From: Eledone cirrhosa
Taxonomy: Eukaryota
Assembly (NCBI GenBank): GCA_964016885.1
Contig: OZ024743.1
Span: 334,738,001 to 334,802,000 of the forward strand
Reading direction: 5' to 3'
DNA length: 64,000 nucleotides
Shown: positions 55,241 to 64,000 of the stretch, one piece after another
How positions within the stretch are numbered: the first letter of the stretch is position 1
Layout of the letters: every line of letters begins with the position of its first letter
Notes under the pieces: generated by a model
The model's input: the letters and a program-made list of their open reading frames with translations, nothing else
Databases searched by the model: none
Told to the model about the DNA's origin: nothing
Position numbers and translations under genes: made by a program

Positions 55241-57584
55241 TTACATTTTTATTTAGCCATATATCAGAAAAGATCGAGTAGACTTTGATCAACGGTTTTC
55301 CAGTCGTCACTACCCCTTGCATTTTCACACATAGTTTATCTGAGACTACATGACATTTTTAAAGCGGGCGAGTTCTATTTGCAGGAGATTTCGCCGCTAT
55401 TTGTTATCATATCAGTTCTCTATACTTATGTAGATTATCTATAGTTTTATTATAAAAAAAATTAAATATTTGTAACAGAGTTCGTATACTATCAGAGGAA
55501 ATATTATTCTGTTTGCGTTTATTTGGGAATGTTCATCTGTGTGAACATGCCCTTCGATTGTATTGAAATGGAGAAAGCTCGACTTTTTGAAAGGTTTTGG
55601 TAACACTTGGTTTTTATCGACATGTTTTGATCAAATATAAGTAGTATATAGAGAACTATGATTTGTCAATTAACAAACAATATTATTATTTAACAAAATT
55701 TAAAAAATAAATAATTTTTATTACATTATCAAGGACGCATTCTGATGCTAATATGAGGGAACATTTTAAAATGTCATTCTATATAAGCTCATATGTATTG
55801 AGTAGGAAGGATGATGGAATGTACCTTCGTTAGTTTCGATCGGCAGAAAAGCCACTTATGAAATGAATGTGTAAATGAATATGCAGCCCACAGATTCGGG
55901 TAACCTTAATGAGAGATTTAATGTGATAGTGTGTGACAGGGTTAGCCCCTTGAATTACAGGTGCAATCAATGCGATGGGCTTCCAAACAGTTTCCGTCTA
56001 CCCAATTTCCCTCACAAGGCTCTGTGGATCAGAGATTATATCAAATGATATTTTCGCAAGATGACACACAGTGAGATCTAACCTGGAACATATGATTGCA
56101 AAACCAACCCCTAACCTATCAATCATGCTGAACCCACAAGTATTGTGTATAGACTGTCTATTACTTGTCATTCCTGTGTAAAATTCGAAAGTAGTTTAAT
56201 AAATATTGAATATAAGAGATCGATGAATATGTCTGTTAAAAATTTGCCCATTCATTGTCTTTCTATACTATGTTGAAAAATATGCAGTTATTTTCGAAGA
56301 AACCAATATAATTCTGAATTATTTTATACATCTTATAAGTATAAAAATAACTATATTTCTTTTCATGTAAATTTCATTCATACCCCCAAGTTTTCTGTCG
56401 TATGAACCAATGAATAAAAAGAAACATAAAATAAAGGAAATGGAAATAGATTTAAAAGGAAAATAATTGGAATAGGAATTATATTAAAATAGCGAAAGAT
56501 CGCCAAAAGTAATAACTAATTTAAAGACTTGTATTAATATTAAACAAACTGGTAAGGATTAAATGTGACGGAGTTAGAACACATAATATATTATCTAATA
56601 TTGAAATGTTTTCAGGCACAATGCTATTTTAAAAAAAAGGAAACTTTATTTTATGACAGAACATTAATTTAGATTGAATTGATTGAAGTTAACAGAATTT
56701 AGTGGCTCCTTAATAAAAAAAGACATTCAATTTCGTTCCGAATTAAAATATAATATTTATATTAAACAATATTCTCACAATCGGTAAACGTACGAACTTC
56801 GAAGAAAATACATCGGGGTATACACTCCGACTCTCTGTGCTCTGAGTTCAAGTCTCTCCGGGATCAACTTTGCTTTTAATCCTTTCGAGGATTGTAACTA
56901 AAATATCATTCTAATAGTGTTGTTAATTCTTCCTCTCTACCTTTCTTCTATAATCTTTCCTGCTTTCATATTCTTTCTCTGTAAGTAATCAGCTGTGTTC
57001 GGGGGTGGAGAGAGATAATTTCCGCCAGGTTTAAATGCACATCACACACCGTATATCACTAAGGCACCCCTATGACTCAGGAGTTAGGGGTCAGAAAGAA
57101 ATGTTTATGTCCTATATTGGCCAAATCTTACAATTTTTTATACAAGAAAAATAAATGGTGGATTGATGTTTATGACGTTTGTATGAGATGTTGTATCATA
57201 TATTGTAAGGATTTTCATTGTATATATCAACTGCCTTAGTTGTATATACTGTACAAGTAGTGAAGAACTTAGTAACTTTATGAAATAAGCTATATCTTTA
57301 TTTTGACGCTTCAGAATTTGCCACAGTTTTGTAAATGTAAAAGCAACGTTACCAAATTTATATATGGCTCACTACAATCAAATTATACGACATCTTGGAC
57401 ATTTGTTAGTTTCTATGGTCTCAGATCAACTCATGCGTTGTTATTCAAAGTTGGTGAACAGAAATTGTTTGGGAATCAGCCAGATCAATTAATGTATGTA
57501 AAAAGTAAACAAAAATAACAAAGCAAACTGCGCAGTACATTTAGGAAATATATTAGTTTAATACTTGAAATAGCAGGAAAAGAG

Positions 57585-57620
57585 TCTTAACGTGTCGGTC
57601 TCTAGTCCTTCATCAGAAGA
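57585..57620 (-). ncRNA. Degenerate minimal HHR (GAAA changed to GACA)
   Basis: tctt-CTGATGA-agg(actagaga)cc-GACA-cg-TT-aaga. Confidence 0.5.
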
Positions 57621-57904
57621 TAGGGTAAGAAAGAGAATATCAAATAGAAAGATAAACAGTGAGAAGAGGAAGGTACGGGGAAAATGAGAAGAAAAAGGAG
57701 GAAAAAAACACACGTGTGTATTCAGCCAGCCAATTTGGAGATTATTGTACCTGCATTTCAATGTGCAAACGTCATCTCACACTGTGTTACGCTGAATCTT
57801 CACGTGACTTACGTTACGAGAATACCTGCCTCTGTGGAGTGCTGTTCCATTCATCAAACAGCGAGGAAGAAGATCTCATAACCCCCTCCCTCTCTCTCTC
57901 CCGC

Positions 57905-57935
<31 letters not shown>

Positions 57936-59102
57936 CGTCTGTGTGAGTGAGGGGGGATTAAAGACTATAATCCAGCGAAGAGGCACCTTATGTGGTCACT
58001 CGACTACCAAAAGAGAGCAGCGTCAAATTCCCCAAATCACACCCTACCGTCTTAAAAATGAATTCCATGGTGGATAATGCAGCCATTGATATACATTACA
58101 CGAAGGAAGAAAGAAAATAAATAATCAAGGTCGAATTCTATTTAGTAATAACTGGCTTCATACAAAGCAGCAACACCAATTTGATAGGGAAACAAAGGAA
58201 AATCGAAGAGGCATAGCCATTACCCGGATCCTGACCGCTTGTTCCACGACACTAGAGAGTAATAATAACAAGCTAAAAGATTTTAAAATTGAGACTGTGA
58301 AGTGAAATCACATCAACCGAGAACCGAAGCGAGTTTCCATATTCGCATACACGCTTCACTGAGTAAAGAAGTGTGGTTTTAACTGTTTTAACCAGACGAC
58401 CGAGAGCGTTCAACTCCAATCAACCTTTGGCTGCGATTTTATCTTGCGTCAAGCGTAATAATGTGAGTCGGAGCGCTGGATATATTCTATGCTGAAATGT
58501 AATGACAAATTGATGAGAAAATCAAAGATGTTTGCCAACCGGCTGTAAATAGACACACAAGTCTGGCACTATATATCAGATTAGAGTAACAAGTCTGATA
58601 GTTATGCGTGATCTGACCGAAACACGGGACAGCACACTTTGACAAGGGAAAATTGCTTCCAATAAAATATAATGAATTGAATAAATCCGATATCTAAGCA
58701 ATCAACAGCAGTCAGTAAATAACCTTGACCGGAAGTTCAAGTGTAATTTCAGCTCCATGTTGTTAATCAAATACATATTTATTTGTTAATGCAGAACCAT
58801 ACACAAAAGAAACAAACATTTTTTTTTTTAAAGTACGTTCCGGAAACAGCGAAGCAATTAACGAATTGTTGGTTATGTTTCCTTAGAAATATGACCTGTA
58901 TCTGTTCTCACTCCTTGAAAGATTGATGTATTTTAGGATATATCTCCCTATTTATCGATCTATCCCATCTTTCATTTACCCATTCTCCCCTCTCTCTCAC
59001 ACCACTTCTCTCACTCTCCCTCTCTACGCAAACAAAGTCAATCAATCCAACGTCAATCTGTAATTAAAGAGAAACACAATACTTTTGAATAAAAATGTAC
59101 GC

Positions 59103-59166
<64 letters not shown>

Positions 59167-59276
59167 TTATACTTGGGGAGGGTCGTATTGTAATATTGCC
59201 AGAAATAATAATAAAAAAAATATATATATATATAAGTATATATACGTATGTATCTATCTCTCTATCTCCCTATCTC

Positions 59277-59361
<85 letters not shown>

Positions 59362-59559
59362 GAGTTGACAGCACTAGCATGGGTTTCACTGCTAGTACCG
59401 ATTGCATTTCAGCGTACTCAATAAGTGATGTTATATAAAATCCCAGAGTAGACACATAGTTATTCGCTTTAACACAACACACGTAAAAGGGTACCTCCAA
59501 TCTATACCCGTACTCTAGTTTCGGCCACACTTAATACACCAATAGAGTGCACAGCATCC

Positions 59560-60105
59560 ACTGTCTGTATTCATTATGTTCAATGCACAATCAGTGCATG
59601 TGGCTTCATCACAGGCTTTTGCCTAATCAATAACCAATGGATCGACAGAATTCGATTCCAGTCCGTGTCGGCTATGACAGTGAATGTGACGGTCAACACA
59701 GTAAAACATTAGCAACTGAAGTCCCTACGCGTCATCACAATGCCGTCAACTGATTGGCTACAGTTTCAGAAATTTACGTGACGGTAGGTGTCATAAGCAC
59801 TCAGCCAACGTATCTCAAACACAAATTAACAAGCCAGTGAAAAATCGGTTATTAGAGAAAATCAGTTTCCAATCGTTGTACAATAGAATGGTAGTTTTCG
59901 GCTCTAGTCTCCAAGTATGAGGGCGAGAAATAGTGCGACAGTAACAGTGGTTGTGCTTAAAAGCTTTCAGGACATTAAATGCCAACAGGCGATTAGACAG
60001 CGATATAGAGTTAGCGCGCTGGTTACTATTCGAATTCTAGATATTTCGACCGACCACGTGCGTAAACCGGTCAATTTCACAACTGGCACGATTCAATAGG
60101 TGAGT
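59560..60105 (+). promoter_or_regulatory. Candidate promoter or non-coding first exon with a splice donor
   Basis: Unique, relatively CpG-rich stretch with CCAAT/ATTGG, TGACG and CACGTG motifs, ending at a consensus AG|GTGAGT (60099/60100). Confidence 0.25.
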
Positions 60106-60161
60106 GGACCTAATACCTAACACCTTTCTTAACTGTACTCCTTGTTGTTGTTATTTACTTT

Positions 60162-60202
<41 letters not shown>

Positions 60203-60723
60203 TACATATATGTGTATTTATATAGGTATATATATGTGTGTATGTGTGTGTTTGTGTGAGTGTGCATGTGTGCATGTGTGTGTAATACATCGAATTGTCA
60301 GAGGGGACAGAACAAACGGTATTAGTTTCAGCTCACAGTGATTTAAGATCAAATCTCACCGAGGACAATATTGCCTTACAGCCTTTCCAGGTCTCTAGAT
60401 TTTTTGCTATTATTATGATGGCCTGCCAATGAGACCGCAAGTCCTGATTTGCGGATTATTGATTTCTGATATTTGTAATTAACAGGGGCTTTTCAAGTGA
60501 CGAAACCGTTACTGAAATGTCAGATTTTTATTTACTTTTTCTTTGTGAAATAGTTAAACATCTTAGAGGCTTCTATACCTTTAGCATTGTATCGATCTAA
60601 ATACAAATTATATCTCTTATCCTCTGAAGCAAATTGGGTTTGTGCAAATATAGTGGAATGAGCTCAACCAGAGTTCAGCACCGTGCCCCTAAAAGTCAGC
60701 AGGAGTTAATATCCATCCCATGC

Positions 60724-60778
<55 letters not shown>

Positions 60779-60782
<4 letters not shown>

Positions 60783-62131
60783 GGAGTCTATCTCAGTAAA
60801 AAATGGAGTGAAACAGGGGGATATTCCATCACCGACTCTGTTTGCCATATACTTTGCAATGGTTTTCTATATTGCATTCACGAATTGTGAGCATGGTGTT
60901 TACATCCAATATCGAACCTCAGGCAACATATTTAACATTAGGCTCTTTGCTGTAAAAACAAAAGTATTTACCTCAATCATAAGGGACCTCTTGTATGCAG
61001 ATGATTGCGATCTTGTAGCGCACACAGAGAGTGATATGCAGCATATTTTGAATGCATTTTCTGACGCTTGCACTGCCCTAGGATTGACTGTCAGTCTCAA
61101 GAAAACCGTCGTCATGTACCAACCTGCCCCTGGTAAGCAGTACACTGAACCATATATCTATGTGTATGGTAAACGACTTAGGGTGGTTGATCAGTTTGTC
61201 TATCTGGGAAGTTCTGTCAATCGATACAGCAACCTTGATAGTGAAATCTCACTCAGGATTGGGAAAGCAAGTGACGCTTTCGGAAAGCAAGAAAGGCGAC
61301 TCTGGGGTCGGCGAGACATATGCAGGAGGACAAAGGTAAAGGTGTACAAGGCATGCGTGCTCTCTTCTCTTCTTTATGCCTGCGAGACCTGGGTCACATA
61401 TCGACACCACCTTAAGCAATTGGAGCGTTTCCATCAGATGTGTCTCAGACGGATCCATGGCGTTCACTGGAGGGACCACATCAGTGATGTCGAGATTTTG
61501 GAAAGCTCTGTGTGACAGTATAGAAGCTTTTGTGCTTAAGCAACGACTCCGTTGGAGTGGTCACCTTGCCAGGATGAAGGATTCTAGAATACCAAAACAA
61601 CTCCTTTATGGAGAGTTAGTTAAAGGAAAACGACCGCCACATAAACCAAAAAAGAGGTATAAGGATTCGTTGAAAGCCTATTTGAAAGACGCTAACATCT
61701 CTGCTGATACATGGGAAAATGTTGCTGCTGATCGTAATAAATGGAGAAAGACTGTATATGAGGGAAAAGTTGCCTTTGAGGCATCTCGACTCGCATACGA
61801 GAAAGTAAAGCGGGATGTGAGGAAAGGCATTGCTGTTGCATTTCCAGTCGACGAGGGTCCTCCTATGGTGCTGACATGCAGCGTCTGTGCGAGACACTAC
61901 GTAAGCGAAGCTGGACTCGAAAGTCATCTGCGCAGTCATAAAGTAAGACCAGTGGTTGACTACCAGGCTGCTGTTGGAGATACTACTCATCATGCTTGCC
62001 AAGCATTTGGTAGAGAATGTAAATTAGCAGGAGGGCTCAAACGACATGCAAAAGTACACAGCCGGCAATTCCCAGTGAATGTTTTGGTTGCCGACTCTGT
62101 GCAAGACATTTTAGATTATTGGCTGGGCTAA
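60779..62131 (+). mobile_element. RTE (BovB-like) LINE, 5'-truncated at (TA)n: RT C-half plus two C2H2-like fingers, one frameshift near 61510
   Basis: GVKQGD.PSPTLF, LLYADD, FVYLGS, LLYACETW, QRLRWSGHLARM...PKQLLYGEL, CSVC...HLRSH. Confidence 0.92.
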
Positions 62132-62214
62132 AAAGCCGCATTCGATCGCAGAGCTGTTAATTGTTATCGTGTGTGTGTGTATAGATATGTTTATGTGTGT
62201 GCGTGTGTGTATAT

Positions 62215-62462
62215 ATATATATATGTATATTATTATTGTTGTTGTTATCATTATTATTATTTTTGTTATTATTATTATTATTGTTATTATTATGTTTTTT
62301 TTTCGTGCAATGGCCAAACTCGATAACGAAGGGGCACCCGTCATATATATATATATATGATGGGTGCCTCCTCGTTATCGAGTATGGCCATTGCACGAAA
62401 AAAAAACATAATAATAACAATAATAATAATAATAACAAAAATAATAATAACGACAACAATGT
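62215..62462. repeat. Fold-back of two family-A-related 3' ends, tail to tail around (TA)n
   Basis: cgtgcaatggccaaactcgataacgaaggggcacccgtca-(TA)n-reverse complement, with (ATT)n/(AAT)n arms. Confidence 0.85.
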
Positions 62463-62468
62463 ATATAT

Positions 62469-62512
<44 letters not shown>

Positions 62513-62863
62513 ACATACACATATATATATATATACAATATATTAATAAATGGAAACTTTATTTATAAAACCATAATTATTTTATTATACATAGAAAGTC
62601 CTTATTCCTAGGTAAAGGTATGTCTTTTAGAGAAGAAGAGATCTTAAAGAATTCCATTTTTAATCAGTTATAATTTAAAGCGCTCAACAATAAAGCAGCA
62701 AAATATATGCAGAGGTTATATTTAATTTGTTGGGATTCAACAAGCTTAAACATTTTTATAACTGATATAAAGCACTCAACAGATTAGTGGAGTAAATAAT
62801 AATAATAAAATAATTAAGTCAAATATGTAAAATTTGGCTTCGTTTATTATAAATTATAGATAT

Positions 62864-62918
62864 ACTGCTATATATATTTCGGTGACAGCCATCATTGGCT
62901 GTGACCTCTTCAGGCAGT
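62864..62918 (-). ncRNA. Type I hammerhead ribozyme, intact core
   Basis: actgc-CTGAAGA-ggtcacagcc(aatgat)ggctgtcacc-GAAA-tatata-TA-gcagt. Confidence 0.85.
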
Positions 62919-63581
62919 CCGAATTGGTGTGGGAGAGACAGGTAGACATATTGTTGAAGTGTGTTTTACTCCGTCAATACTTCTCTGAGGAACTGGAATC
63001 CTATGGATTAGAACAAACGAATTTCGGCGTCATAGGACACTCTTTCATCCCATTGGTCAGTTGTAAGAACATTCCTCAGTCAAAAGTCTACAGAACTTTT
63101 TCTAAGGTAAGACAATCTGTTGTAGTTGTTTTTGTGTTGCTAGTGGTTGTGGTGTTAAAGGATCAGCTTGCAGGTCAGCTTTGGTTTGCTGCTGCTATGT
63201 TCAGAAGAATTTGTGTGTGTGGGTTGACATCTATCCTGCCACCATTCCACGTGGTGGAAGATGCCAAACAAATAAGAAAATAAAATGCGTGTGTGTTACA
63301 ACCAATATCAAAATTTGAAAGATTTGGAAAATATTAACTGAAATAGAAAACCTGTGTGTCAGAATCGAGAAGTGTAAAGAATTACAATTCTTACACTATC
63401 ATCGGGTGGTGCGTTTTAAGAGCAAATTAGACAAATGTGGAGTGTAAAACACCAAAACTTGAGTGTCAAAATCCGGAAATGCAAAGGAGTACAGTTCCTA
63501 TTTCGGCATAAAGTACATATGCGTGTATGTCAACTCACACCGTTGCAAGCACACGCACAAGCACAGGCTCAGGTGCATCCC

Positions 63582-63624
<43 letters not shown>

Positions 63625-63650
63625 TTATACACACACACATATACACATAC

Positions 63651-63707
<57 letters not shown>

Positions 63708-63784
63708 GGACATATGTATAAGTATGTGTTGCCATAGGAGTCCATCGAGGTAGCAGTATGGGTGGTGAGTGTGTAGGGGGTGGT

Positions 63785-63998
63785 TTACCTTGGGCTCGGC
63801 GTGGCAGGGCTACTGTCCCTATAGCTTGAGGGAAGTTCCCATCTCAATGTGTTGTTATTGTCTATATAGCTTGAGGAAGGTCCCGGCCCTGGGGTGTCTA
63901 CATGTACCGAAGAGGTCAGTCCTGAGGTTTATTAGGCTGCTTCCACCTCTGAGTATCTCGAGGATCTCGCTCAGACATAGTTTGCATTTGCCAGATCC
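63785..63998 (-). mobile_element. PLE GIY-YIG C-terminus running off the window end (absent from the ORF track)
   Basis: Manual translation GSGKCKLCLSEILEILRGGSSLINLRTDLFGTCRHPRAG...PR*. Same CxLCxxE...N......CRH motif as 23969-24192. Confidence 0.75.
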
Positions 63999-64000
63999 CC

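Overview
This is AT-rich eukaryotic DNA, dense in repeats, with no convincing host protein-coding gene. The SINE repertoire and extreme (TA)n load suggest an octopod cephalopod (inference). Nearly all ORFs in the supplied track are translations of (TA)n/(CA)n/(GA)n microsatellites. The real coding remnants are transposon-derived: three Penelope-like element (PLE) GIY-YIG endonuclease ends, RTE, R4/Dong, CRE and Tx1/L1-type LINE fragments, and a Tc1/mariner fragment. There are also two non-autonomous Helitrons and many tRNA-derived SINEs. The main hidden signal is a dense population of hammerhead ribozyme (HHR) motifs read by eye: about 17 with intact cores and about 10 degenerate, from many distinct families. 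They sit in short PLE-like cassettes in or beside (TA)n tracts, often as fold-back inverted repeats. They include a retrozyme-like tandem array of about 500-bp units with one HHR per full unit (2289-4102), several families with the compensatory U3-A8 core, palindromic stem III (dimer-type) forms, and long-stem-II forms. A ~600-bp non-coding RTE-like element has a twister-like 5' motif. All structures were folded by hand; no activity or database match has been tested.
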